DNA from: Octopus sinensis
Taxonomy: Eukaryota
Length of the DNA stretch: 64,000 nucleotides
Reading direction: 5' to 3'
NCBI RefSeq assembly: GCF_006345805.1
Contig: NC_043012.1
Location: forward strand, 57,970,001-58,034,000
Shown here: positions 12,330 to 24,805 of the stretch, piece by piece
Layout of the letters: each line of letters opens with the position of its first letter
Position numbering within the stretch: the first letter of the stretch is position 1
The notes under the pieces: model-generated
Databases searched by the model: none
What the model saw: only the letters and a program-made list of their open reading frames with translations
What the model was told of the DNA's origin: nothing
Made by a program: the position numbers and the translations under genes

Positions 12330-12745
12330 ATGTTGTGTTCAATTATCTGCGAAGCGCTCCAGTTCCCCCAACAGGCACATCCAGTCGTTGAGATGCCACC
12401 CAGGACGCTTTTGCAGTCATCCGTCCCCACTGGTCGCCGTTCTCTGTTATGCGTAGCTGGGTCGTAATGTGGCAACATATCCATTCCTTGATGCTGTGAA
12501 AGCAAGTGTTTCTCTGTTTGCCTCTGTTTCCTCACCTGTGCCCTGAATGATGTTTTGGTTAGGGAACAGTATCGGAATACAAGACCATACAAGGGCAGGT
12601 TTTCGTCTTTTTACCTGCGCAAAGAATAGTTTCTGTCTGCCAGCGTAATTGTTGAATTGCTTCCTGTCCAAGCTGTTCGTTTTGTGTTCGTTATGAGTTG
12701 CGTAGCGTATTTCTGAAGCTCTTGTACTCAAATGTTAGGATTGTT
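12330..12745 (-). mobile_element. RTE-clade LINE 3' remnant
   Basis: Frameshifted translation (HNEHKTN...AGRQKLFFAQVKRRKPALVWS...IIQGTGEE...) resembles the RTE C-terminal region (ATVKRRKLxWxGH...LQGTVEGxRxRGR). Confidence 0.7.
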
Positions 12746-12817
12746 CGTTCCATGTCACTTCTAAGGGACCAGATCTCACAACATGAAGTGGTATGAAGTT
12801 ATGAAACTATCTTTAAA

Positions 12818-13193
12818 GCACTCCGTCGGTTACGACGACGAGGGTTCCGGTTGATCCGAATCAACGGAACAGCCTGCTCGTGAAATTAACGTGTAAGTGA
12901 CTGAGCACTCCACAGACACGTGTACCCTTAACGTAGTTCTCGGGGATATTCAGCGTGACAAAAAGAGTGAAAAGGCCGGCCCTTTGAAATACAGGTACAA
13001 CAGATACAGGAAGTAAGAGTGAGAGAAAGTTGTGGTGAAAGAGTACAGCAGGGATCACCACCATCCCCTGCCGGAGCCTCGTGGAGCTTTAGGTGTTTTC
13101 GCTCAATAAACACTCACAACGCCCGGTCTGGGAATCGAAACCGCAATCCTATGACCGCGAGTCCGCTGCCCTAACCACTAGGCCATTGCGCCT
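12818..13193 (-). mobile_element. SINE B, full length
   Basis: Reverse complement of, and nearly identical to, 62785-63144. tRNA-like head ggcgcaatggcctagtggttaggg. Confidence 0.9.
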
Positions 13194-13369
13194 CCACTAT
13201 CAAACTATACAAAGGGTTGACATTTGAAACGTTTTGCTGTTGTAAACTTGGTGTCTCTGTGGGCAGAACTCAGCATATATGTTTCACGTTACGTCAATGC
13301 AATAAATAGGAGATTTTCTACGAATCGTAAAAATTTATTTGATGTAAAACAAAACGGATGTCTCGGAGT

Positions 13370-13609
13370 AATCTATATGTACACACATACACACACACGT
13401 ATACGTATGTATAAATATATATATGTATGAGTGTGTGTATATATATATACACATAATCTATAACACATTTTATATATATATATATATATACATATACATT
13501 TATTTGTATGTATATATATATATATATATATGCACGGATATGTACGTACATATATGAATACTCACACACACGCACACACACACGCACATAAATATATATA
13601 TGTATATAC

Positions 13610-13642
<33 letters not shown>

Positions 13643-13839
13643 AATAGATATATATATACATATATGAACACACACACACACACACACATATATGTGTGTG
13701 TGTATGTATATACATATACATACATATATATATGTATGTATGTTTGTATGTATGTATGCATGACTGCAGCCGTATGGCTGAGATATACAGAAATAAAATA
13801 CATATAAATAAACATATACATATACATATACATATATAT

Positions 13840-13885
<46 letters not shown>

Positions 13886-14030
13886 TATATAATATGCATA
13901 TATATATATATACATACATGTATATACATCTATGTATGTATGTATGTATGTATGTATGTATGTATGTATGTATGTATGTATGTATGTATGTATGTATGTA
14001 TTATGTATGTATGTTGGCCTTAGTGTATGT
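13370..14030. repeat. compound TA/CA/TATG microsatellite
   Basis: Direct inspection. Confidence 0.95.
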
Positions 14031-14621
14031 CTGTATGCGTGTATAAAGACTTCAGGTTGAAGAATATCTTGGTAGTTAATTAAATTCATAAAAAGTAGTT
14101 TAAGAGTTCCTTTATTAAGAACAGTCTTCATCAATAATGGTTTTACTTGTATCACAGAAAATATTAGCTTTGCAAAACAAACAATTTAGCGGGGCAAGAA
14201 ATTTACAATTTCCTGTTTCAGTTCACGAAAAATATTTGGCCTTCCTGCCTCGAAGAGCAGAGAATCGATATTCTAGCTAACGGATGAGGGTAGCAGAGGT
14301 GAACTGTAAGCAAGCGCGTAATGTGCTAGAAATATCAACCAAATCTGTCTTAAATTACCTCATATCATCTTAAAATATGAATGTTACTTTTATTTAGTTT
14401 AATCCTTGATGTACAAAAATACTCTCTCAAATATTGGTAGATGGTCAGCAATGTTAGATTAAGGGGATTACTCGTTATCTCAACCCAATACGAAACTGTA
14501 ACTTATTTTATCGATTTCAAAAGGACGATTGGCAAAGTTGATTTCGCCTGAATTTGAACTCAGAACGTAGCAATTGCTAACAATTCTGCCTTCTACAGAC
14601 CCACCAACATCCGCTAAAACA

Positions 14622-15859
14622 CAGGGTTCGGTCGGTATTTGAGGGTAGACTTATGGTTTTGAACCAACGCTTATTTAATAACAGAAAATGAACGTATATT
14701 TATAAAAATAACATATACATAAAGCTAAATTATCAATTTAATAATTTCATTCAATAGAACCACCATAAACATCAGTAACTGCTTCTACGCGGGGTCGAAA
14801 TCATTTAGAGGCTCGGATTAAGTGGTCCTTGTTCATATTGGACATGACTCGAACTATGGCGGCTTTCAAAAAATCTTTGGTGCCGTGTGGGTGTTCATTG
14901 ACATTTTTCTCATCGATGATCCATATATAATAGTCCAGTGGATTGAAATCTGGAGAATTGGGAGGCCAAATGTTGGGGGTGATGTGATCATGCAAATTGT
15001 CGGTCATCCATTCTTGTGCCATTTGAGCCTTGTGTGATGGAGCAGAATCTTGTTGAAAGAAATAAAGCCTTCCATTGCATACACTGTTGATTCAAGGCTT
15101 AACAACTTATTCCAAAAACTCAATATGCACAGCAGCATTCACCCTAAGGCCTTGTGGAAAAAAGTGAGGAAGCATTATATGTTCTTCATTGCTAAACCCA
15201 TGAAACCTGCAGGAAATTTTTCTGTGCATTACTCTTGGAATTTCAGAAGGTTCTGGACATTGCCATCTGTCATTTTTCTGTTAGTTTTCTGGTCCTGCTC
15301 AAAGTTTTTCTCATCTGAGAAACGCCAAGTCACATCGTCTTTTGGATCTGATTAAACGGTTTTCTTTTGTTTTTTTCTGACATTGAACTGAGCTCTCCTC
15401 ATCACGTACCATTTGTATCTGATGTCTTCGCGCACAGCATTTCAGATTATTTTTTCTGACACACGAATTTTTTTTTTTTTTTTTTTGCAATTGACTTCAT
15501 TGATTTTCCTGGATAGTCTTCAATGTTTTGCTTAACTTTCTGAATAAATTCTGGTATCCGTTCTGTATAAATTCAGCATTTGGAATGTTTTTTTACCTTT
15601 TGATACAGGTAATATTCTTCCGTTTTTCTTTAACTTACACTGAATCTTGTGGACAAAAGATCTTGCAACTTTCAGAAATCGAGAAATTTCTAAGTCACCA
15701 TGCTTAGACTTCAAAGCCACAATCACAGCTTGCCTTTTCATTTCATTAGTAAGCATAAAGCCTCTCGTTGTTATTTTCTGAAATAGAAGTCCAATAGAAA
15801 TTAGTTAAATAAAAGAATGGCTAAAAATACATGTGTCCTCATATACTGTCCGCATACTG
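14622..15859 (-). mobile_element. DD37D (maT/Bmmar1-like) transposon, near full length, defective
   Basis: Minus-strand FSDEKNF, and FQQDSAPSHKAQMAQEWMTDNLHDHITPNIWPPNSPDFNPLDY with 37 residues between the second and third D. N-terminal HTH-like segment at 15532-15756. Degenerate ~25-bp TIRs. Frameshifts and a poly-T insertion. Confidence 0.9.
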
Positions 15860-16954
15860 TGGTATTTGTTGTTATTAATATGCTCTTTGGTAGGTTCTGA
15901 GTTCAAATTCGCCCGAGGTCGAATGTGCCCCTTCTCATTCATTTTTAAAGAAAGTGATGCGATATTTGGGTGGGTTTTGGCAGCTATTTTCTGTCAGCTC
16001 TAGATAAGGGTCTTTCTGAGCAGAAGGACATAGAGAGAAAGACGGAGAGAAAGATAAAAAGTGAAAGAGAAAGAGAGAGGGTGGGGAGAGAGAAAGTTCT
16101 ATCTTAGTAATTGTAGGGTGCATGAATTAGGTACTAGTTGAGAATTGCGGTCGATGTAATTGACTAGGCCCCTGCCCCCAAATTTCTGACCTTGTACCTA
16201 TAGCAGATAGATTATTATTATTATTAGTGACGTCGTGACAGTGGTTGTTCTGTATAATGTTTTTGCTGTTTCTTTATTTATCGACCTTCCCACCTGTCCG
16301 GAAGGATGAAAGAAAAACTGACTAGGTGAGATTCGAACTCTGGATTCACAGAACCGTTTGATATACCACAAAACATTCTAATCAATGCACTAACGAATAT
16401 GCCAAATCGCTGCGACTGCAGCGGCCATCTTTTAATTTCATTTCATTATAAAGAAACAAAGGAAAAGAAAAAAATACAGCATGAAACACAAAGACATCAA
16501 AATTATAAACGAAAGAACGAAATAAAAAACTCGGAATAGGGTGAGAAATAACACGTTCGCAACATGTTATATACTGACATTTTTATTTCTCAGTTAAAAC
16601 AACGCTGTTGTGTCACATGGGAGAGGGATTTTTTTTGTTTGTGCTTCAACGAAATATTATATTACAACTGACAACTTATTTAATCGTTATAATTGACATT
16701 TATAGGACATTGTAACATAGTATTGGCTAATAATAAAGGTAGCAAAAAATAAATAAAATAAGATAAAAAAGTAATAAAATAAAAAAAAGAATGTAAAAAT
16801 GTAACAACAAATACCTTTGATTACACATCGCTGTTTCGAACGTAGAATATGAGAAAAATTCATTAAATCTTAGCAAACTATTCAACCAGTTTATTTTTCA
16901 TTTTCATTTATTTATCAATGACGTTGTTATTGTTGATGCCATTATTGGTAAGGT

Positions 16955-17560
16955 GAAGGCGGTAAATTGGCAGAATCGTTAGCACGCCGGGCAAAATGCT
17001 TAGGGGTATTTCGTCTGTCTTTACGTTCTGAATTCTAATTCCGCCGAGGTCGACTTTGCCTTTCATCTTTTCGGGAGTCGATGAATTAAGTACCAGTCGA
17101 CTTAATCGACTGGCCCCGTCCCCCCAAATTTCGGGGCTTGTGCCTAGAGTAGAAATGAATCGTTAGCACGCCGGTCAAAATAAGTAGCGGCATTTCGTCT
17201 GTCTTTACGTTTTGAGTTCAAATTCCGCTGAGGTCTAGTTTGCCTTTCATCTTTTCGGGAGTTGATAAATTAAGTACCAGTTGTATACTGGGGCCGACTT
17301 AATCGGTTATTCCCCTAAAATTTAGGGCCTTGTGCCTAGAGTAGAAAAGAATCCTTAGCACGCGGAGCAAAATGCTTAGCGGCATTTCGTCTGTCATTAC
17401 GCTCTGAGTTCAAATTCCGCTGAGGTTGATTTTGCCTTTCATCCTTTCGGGAGTCAATAAATTAAGTACCAGTTGCATACCGGGGTCGACTTAATTGACT
17501 GGCCCCCTCTCGCCAAATTCCAGGCCTTGTGCTTTTAGTAGAAAGAATTATTAGTAAAAT
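16955..17560 (+). mobile_element. SINE D head-to-tail trimer
   Basis: Three ~180-200-bp units, each restarting at gaatc(g/c)ttagcacgc after a gtagaaa tail. Further diverged D copies continue to about 18120. Confidence 0.85.
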
Positions 17561-18139
17561 GAAGACAGCGAGCTGGCAGAGTCATTAGCAAGCCGGACAA
17601 AATGCTCAGCGGTATTGCAGTACCGAGTTATTTCAAATTCTGCCAAGATCGACTTTGCCTTTCATCCTTTCATCGGGATCGCTAAATTCAAGAACCAATC
17701 ATGTACTGAGATTGATGTAATAGACTAGCCCTGCTCCTCTAAATCTGCAGATCTTCTGCCATGATTTGAAATCATGGAGATGACAGAATACTAAGCATGA
17801 TGGACGAAGTGCCTAGCTGTGTTTCTTCTGCTTTTACATTCGGCAAATTCCGCCCAAGTCAGCGTTGCTTTTCATCTTTTCAGGATCAATAAAAGAATTT
17901 ACTAGTTGAACACCGAGGGGCAGAAATTTCAGGCCTTGTGCCTATATCAGAAACGGTTGTTTACGATCTGAGTTCAAATTCCGCCGAGGTCGATTTTGTC
18001 TTTCATTCTTTCGGGGTCGATAAAATGAGTATTAGTCAACTGGTACTGGTGTCGAAGTAAACGACTAGTCCTACATCCCCGAACTTGCTGGCCTTGTGCG
18101 AAAATTTGAAATTATTACTAGTCAGTTGTGTAGTGTTTA

Positions 18140-19695
18140 GCATAGTTGCAAGTATTCGATCTGTTTTTTTTTTTTTGGCATTAAATTCAATGTTTAATAT
18201 TAGTCTAACTCTTCTGTAATACACTCTCCTAATTTTCTCTTTCAGTTCTGTGTGTTCTATTTTAGCTGTTTCGTCTATTCCTAGATATTTGTATGGGCGG
18301 TTGTGGTCTAATTCTCTAATTCCTGTGTCTATGTCGAATACAATGTTTTCAGAGCTGATTAATTTGCCTCTTCTCAGTGTGAATTCGGCACATTTGTCCA
18401 GCTCCATGTTCATTCCGACGTCATTGCTGAAACTCTCAGCAATTTTGATGTGATTTCTCTGTCCTATCGTGCTTTTGGCGTAAAGTTTTAAGTCATCCAT
18501 GTACAGGGGATGGCTTCTTTTTTGTCCGTAGCGCCTATAACCCATGGTGGTTTCATTTAACAAGTTTGTTAGCGGGGTCAGTGAAAGACAGAAATGCGGG
18601 AGTGACTGTTTGTCTCCCTGGAAAATCCCTCTTCTTATGGTATAGGGTAGGTTTTAATAAACTTGTCAGTCCTTTTTTAATGTTATACTGGTTTTCCAGT
18701 TTGCCATTGCATGTTTTAGAAAATTTTAGTAGTGGTGGGGGCCAAATTATTTGTGGGGAGAGATTCCCAGTATTCATGAGTGTGGAACACAGTCGAATGT
18801 TTTTTGATAATCAATCCAAGTCATGTTCAGGTTTGTTTTTCCCCTCTTACAGTCCTCTTCGGTTTACCAGAGGTTGCTCCTTACAGCCATACATCACTCT
18901 CCGGTACCCTTATGATTCTTCTGGTAAGGCATTACTTTTTCCAGGTGCTTTATAAACCGGTTATAGATGACTGATGCTAGGGTCTTCTAAGATGTTGATA
19001 GGCATGTTACTGGTCTGTAATTTTGTGGGTGTACAGTGTATTTGGGGAATTAGAATGGTTTGCCCTTCCAGTATCCAGTTTGGTGTTGATTCTGGCTCAC
19101 CTTTCAATAAATTGAACGCTGCCGCTAAGTGGTTATAGGTACCGGTGAGCTGTTTCAACCAGAATTTGGGGACCTTGTCTATCCAGGAGTTTTCCTGTTG
19201 CTGGTACTCCTCCGTGTGTCCACGATCTCTTGACCTGCAATGGTGGGTAATATCTGTTGTTCTATTGTGTTCTTCCTTTCCTTTTCCCTACTAATCCACT
19301 GAGCATTTCTGTCGTGTCATTTTTTTTTGTGGGGGTTTGCTCCATATGGCTTCCCCGTATGACTAAATCGCTGATGATGTTGGCTTGGCATCTATTGATA
19401 TACTTTTTTTGTTTAACTTTCTGTAAAAACTTTCGTGCTTATGTTGAATTCGCTGTTTTGTTGGAAGAAGAGTTCCCGTTGTTCATAGCGTTTTATGCGG
19501 CAAGCTTTTGCTTCTGTGCCCTGCTCAATCTTTACTTTTACCTTCCACGTATCTTCTTTATATTTTATGTTGTATTGCTTTATTATTTGGGCCTTCTTTT
19601 TTACTTTTCGTATTTTATCCCGTCTTCTCTTATTCACAAACTAGTGATAAGTCTTTCTTTTGTCTTTGAATTTTATTTATTATGATCTCTTTCCA
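18140..19695 (-). mobile_element. R4/Dong-clade LINE reverse transcriptase fragment (defective)
   Basis: Motifs WIDYQKTFDCVPH, IRRGIFQGD, LYMDDLKLYAK, LDKCA and YKYLGI, plus an upstream KAKACRIKRYEQRE-type region. Many stops and frameshifts. Confidence 0.85.
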
Positions 19696-20262
19696 TTTTT
19701 GTCTGTAGCGCCTATAACCCATGGTGGTTTCATTTAACAAGTTTGTTAGCGGGGTCAGGGAGAGGCAGAAATGCGGGGGTGATTGTGAGTTTCCCTGGAA
19801 AATCCCTCTTCTTATGGGTATAGGGTAAGTTTCAGTAGTGAAGGCGCATGGCTCGGTGGTTAGAGCATCGAACTTACGATCGTGAGGTTGTAAGTTCGAA
19901 TCCCGGACCGAGCTGCGTGTTGTGTTTTTGAGCAAGACACTTTATTTCACATTGCTCCTGTTCACTCAGCTGTAGAAACGAGTTGCGACATCTCAGGTGT
20001 CAAGCTGTATCGGCCTTTGCCTTTCCCTTGGATAACACTGGTGGCCTGGAGAGGGGAGCCGGTATGCTTGGGCGACTGCTGGTCTTCCATAAACATCCTT
20101 GCCCGGATTTGTGCCGTGGGGGGGGAACTTTCTAGGTGCAATCCCATGGTCAGTCATGTCCGAAGGGGTTCTCAGCAGGTTTCAATAAATTGTCAGTCAT
20201 TTTTTAATGTTATACTGGTTTTCCAGTTCGCTATTGCGTGTTTAGAATATTTTAGTAGTGCA
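19696..20262 (-). mobile_element. second R4/Dong RT segment, split by a SINE A insertion
   Basis: 19696-19837 and 20177-20262 are homologous to about 18519-18735 (IRRGIFQG...MGYRRY). Confidence 0.8.
19838..20176 (+). mobile_element. SINE A, full length
   Basis: A box tggctcggtgg and B box gttcgaatcc. Imperfect 11-bp TSD aagtttcagta (19827-19837) / aggtttcaata (20177-20187). Confidence 0.9.
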
Positions 20263-20522
20263 GTTTCCATTGGATATCACTACAGCTGTTGAATAGATCG
20301 TCATTTAGCTTGTTGATATCTAGTATATTTTTTCATATGGTCATTATTACGTGTAAGGCTATGTTGTATCTGTTTATCCTTTATCATTATTTGGCATGAG
20401 TAAAACCAGAAAACATCTACATTGGTTGTTTAGTTGGTTATAGATTTATTATATACATTCACATCTCTATTATATCATATGCTACATACAGTTCTATATT
20501 TAAGAGATGAAGATTTATGTAC

Positions 20523-20671
20523 ATTATTTACATTATTTACATTTGACAGATTTTTGTCCACATCTTGTTTCGGCTGATATATAATCTTGGGGTGGTTAAG
20601 AGCGCGAGCTACTAAACCCAAGATTCCTAGTTCGATTCCAAGCAGTGCCTTAAATGATGATGATGATAATG

Positions 20672-20726
<55 letters not shown>

Positions 20727-20832
20727 TTACATCGAAAAATACCTTAGGAATGAGAACCCTGGTTCGAAACGTTGTGTTAACAACAAACAATATGAGGACA
20801 AATATCTGTCAAATGTAAACAATGTAAATAAT
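20523..20832 (+). mobile_element. SINE F (tRNA head, (AAT)n, Penelope-like tail) between 48-bp inverted repeats
   Basis: 20523-20570 is the reverse complement of 20785-20832 at 44/48 positions. tRNA-like head gtggttaagagcgc...agttcgattcc at about 20592-20650. Confidence 0.6.
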
Positions 20833-21114
20833 CATATACTACAGTCTGATCAAAACCAAAAGAGAAACCCAGGACTGGATTGTCATATTTGGAATGTACT
20901 TGATCGTAGGACATCTTGATTAGGGCTCACCTGGGGCTAACAATACAAGGCACTGCAATTTATTATTTTCTTTTAAACTTTACGATCGAAAACAATGAAA
21001 TGCAAAATTGTTGTTCTGTAGAAATATATTGATTGATAGGTCCATGGGGAGAGATTTGAAATCTTATTGTGTATGTGTTCTGCAAGACAATGAGAAAGAG
21101 ATTTCGTCGACGGC

Positions 21115-21762
21115 GACGATGTCGACGGCAACGCCGATGCCGATTATGGTGATGATGATGATCATGATGATTTTTATGATAGTGATGATGATGATGACAA
21201 TAACGACGACAACGATGAGGATAAGGGTGAGGTGATGGCTGTAGTGATGAAGAGGAAGTTGATGTTGATGTGGTGGTAGTGGAGGGGGTGTAATGTTGGT
21301 ATAGTGGTTGTGGTGGCGAGGATGGTGTTGTGATAGAAGTGGTGATGGTAGTGGTGTTAGTGGTGGGGTCGGGGTTGTGAATGATGAGGGGAATGGTAAT
21401 GATCACGACGACAAGGACGGGGACGACCAGCACCACGATGATGATGATGATGACGATGACGACGCCGACGATGATGATAATGATTGATGATGATGATGAC
21501 GATGGTGGTGATGATGATGACGACGAATATTATAATGATGATGAGGGTGATTGACGACGACGACGACGACGATGATGATGATGATGGTGATTGATGATGT
21601 TGATTGATGGTGATTGATGGTGTTGATAATGTGATAATGATGACGACGACAATGATGACAACCACCATGATGATGGTGGTGGCGGTATTTGTGTTTGTGG
21701 GTGTGGTTGTTAAGATGATGATGATGATGACTATAATGATGATGATGATGATTGTGATGATA

Positions 21763-21797
<35 letters not shown>

Positions 21798-23095
21798 AAT
21801 GATTATGCTGACAATAATGCTGACGCTGACGACGACTTTGGGGATGTTGGTGGTATTGCTGCTATCGATAATAACAATTATGGATTTGATGTGGTGATAG
21901 TGGTGGTTGTGGTGGTGGTGGTGATGGAAGGAGAATTGTGGTAGTGGTAGCCAGATGGTGGTGGTGGTGATAGGAGGATGGTGGGAGGTGGTAGGAGGAT
22001 GGTTGTTTGTGGTAGGGGCAGTAATGAGGACGATGGCGACAGTGATGTGGACGACAACAGCAACAGTGGATGTGCAATGGCCCGGTGGTTAGGGCAGCGG
22101 ATTCGCGGCCGTAGGAACGCGGTTTCGATTCCTAGACCGGGCATTGTCAGTGTTTATTGAGCAAAAACACCTAAGCTCCACGAGGCTCTGGCGCGGGGAG
22201 GATGGTGAACCCCGCTGTACTCTTTCACCACAACTTTCTCTCACTCATTCTTTCTACTTCTGTCACAAAGCAGAGGAACCATGGTGTAATCCGCTATGGC
22301 GTGGTAAAACTTTCAGACCCTAGTCTAGATTGCGAATCCTCTGTACCCCAGGATGGTTCAGCTCTCCACCCTTTAAAAGCCACCGTTTACGGAATGAAGA
22401 TAACAACGTAGCTATCGCGCCCGTGCAACCGCCAGTCTATCGTGTGTGGTGGGTGGATCTTCAAGTTGCCGCACGCATTGTTAGTAGCTTAGAGTAGGCT
22501 CGAATTAGAGATTATTCTTTGTGGCTAATGGCGTGAGTCCTGATTGGAAGGAGGAGGAGGAGGAGAAGAAGAAGAAGAAGAAGAAGAAGAAGAAGAAGAA
22601 GAAGAAGACGACAGGGACAACGACAAGGTCGATATTGATGCACTTGATGATGATGATGATGCTGATAACAGTGACGACGATGATGATAATGATGGCGATG
22701 GTGATGTTAATGAGGATGGTGATGGCGAACTTAGCGAGATGATGATGGTGGTATGGTTAATAATGATGATGATGATGATGATGGCGACGAGGATGGCGAG
22801 GATAACAACGACGATGACGATGATGATAGTGGTGGTTGTGGTGATCGTGGGGGCGGTTGTAATATGTCTGGTTATGATGATGCTGCTAATTAGGGTGACG
22901 ATGACGGAGACGATGATGACAGCAACAATAACGATAAAATCGATAAGGATGCTGTCGATAATAAAAATGATAGTGGCGATGGTGTGAAGATGGTGATGAT
23001 GGGTAACGGTGATGAATATATCGGGGATTCTGACGAATACGTCATAGACGTCGCCGAAGTCGCCGTCTTACGAAGATGACGACGACGACGACGAC
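21115..23095. repeat. compound (GAT)/(GGT)/(GAC)/(GAA)n trinucleotide field with a SINE B 5' fragment (about 22072-22262)
   Basis: Direct inspection. It produces the poly-M/D/H/T/E ORFs. Confidence 0.9.
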
Positions 23096-23327
23096 GGAGG
23101 CGACCCCGAACGGAGCTTCAATTTGAGCAGGCATGCAAGACTCCTCTTTTCGCCGCCGATGAGGGTCCGAGCAAAAGGCCCCTAACTTAGTTCCCTACAA
23201 CCCGGCGTACATTGTCGCTATTAGCTTTGTTGAAAGAACACACAGGGCGAGAAGAAATACCACAAAGTATCTTGTTCAATTCACTCTCAATCCCATCAGT
23301 CCACCATCCTGGGACTGGTACCTTATC

Positions 23328-23519
23328 TTTTTACGTATTACATTTTCCAGTCATTAGACTGCGGCCATCCTGGGGCACCGCCTCGACTAAAGTTTTGTAA
23401 AGCCTGGTACTTATTCTATCAGTCATTTTTGCCGGACTACTAAGTTACGGGGACATAAGCACACCAAAACTGGGTGTCAAGCTGTGGCGGGACGAACACA
23501 CGCACACACACACACACAC

Positions 23520-23555
<36 letters not shown>

Positions 23556-23695
23556 ACACACGACGGGCTTCTTTTAGATTCCGTCTCTCAAATCAAACCC
23601 ACAAGGATTTGGTCGGCCCGAGGTTATAGTACAAGGCACTCATCTAAGATTCTACGCAGTAGGATGAACCCTGGAATTATGTGGCTGTGAAGCGC
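23328..23695 (-). mobile_element. SINE C (degenerate)
   Basis: Reverse-complement match to the C tail, microsatellite core and head. Confidence 0.75.
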
Positions 23696-23811
23696 CTGTC
23701 GTTCACCCAGGGTTGAAATGCAAAATTGGCCTTAACGGGTTTTGAACTCGGAGTGCAATGAATCAAAACAAATGACGTGAGGTATTTTACCCAAAGCATT
23801 ACCTAAATAAT

Positions 23812-24024
23812 CTTTTCTACTCTAGACACAAGGCCCGAAATTTAGAGGAAGGGAGTCAGTCGATTAGATCGACCCCAGTACGTAACTGATACTTAAATTT
23901 ATCAACCCCAAAAGGATGAAAAATATTGTCGATCTCGGCGGAATTTGAACTCAGAACGTAAATACAGACGATATACCGATAAGCATTTTTCTCGGCGTGC
24001 CAGTGTTTCTCCCAGCTCGCCGCT
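23812..24024 (-). mobile_element. SINE D monomer
   Basis: Tail tctagacacaaggcccgaaa, body, and head ccagctcgccgc. Confidence 0.8.
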
Positions 24025-24062
24025 TTACATTGCCGAAATAATATCTTATCTTTATCATATAA

Positions 24063-24340
24063 GTGTGGTGGCACATGACCTAGTGGTCAGAGTAACGGAC
24101 TAGCGATCGGGGGATCGCGGGTTCGGATCTCAGACCGGGCGATTTGTGTCTTTATGAGCGAAACACCTTAGCTCCACGCGGATTCCGGCAGAAGATAATG
24201 GCGAACTTCTGCTGACTCTTTCGCCACAACTGTCTCTCACTCACTCGACAGATCAGTGTCCCGTCCAGGCGGGGAACTACACGCAATGAAACCGGGTAAC
24301 CGTCCCTTATGAGCCAGACATGGCTCGAAAAAGAACAACG
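24063..24340 (+). mobile_element. SINE E (B-like head, distinct tail)
   Basis: tRNA-like head, then ccggcagaagataatggcgaacttctgctgactc. Matches the reverse complement of 63815-64000. Confidence 0.7.
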
Positions 24341-24365
24341 TCTTATAAGTATTTCAGTCACAGCT

Positions 24366-24516
24366 GCAGGCGTGACTGTGCTGTAAGAAGCTGGTTTTCA
24401 TGGTTCCGGGTTCAGTCCCACAGCATAATACTTTGGGCAAGAGTCTTCTTCTATAGCCTCGGGCTGACCAAACCTTATGAATAAATTTGTTAATCGGAAA
24501 CTGAAAGCAGTTCATC

Positions 24517-24558
<42 letters not shown>

Positions 24559-24805
24559 AAGATACCGAAAGTACCTTTCACTGGGACTGAACCCGGAACC
24601 GTGTGGTTGGGGAGCAAGCTTCTTACTACACAACCACACCTGTGCCTATGTATCTATGTGTCTATGTTTCCATCTGAGGCTTTTTTCGGCCCGAGGTTAT
24701 TGTAAAAACCACACAGTCCAAGGTACAACGAAATGAGAGGAACTGAACTCGGAATCATGTGGTCGCGATGCAACCCTCAAATCACACCACCTGCTCCCAC
24801 ACCTA
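24366..24805. mobile_element. cluster of three SINE C 5' fragments in both orientations
   Basis: Plus copy at about 24366-24520. Minus copies at about 24575-24645 and 24680-24805. Confidence 0.7.

Noticed and set aside
20963-22987. His/Thr/Met/Asp-rich ORFs resembling low-complexity proteins
   Set aside because: Compound GAT/GGT/GAC repeats open on both strands and interrupted by a SINE.
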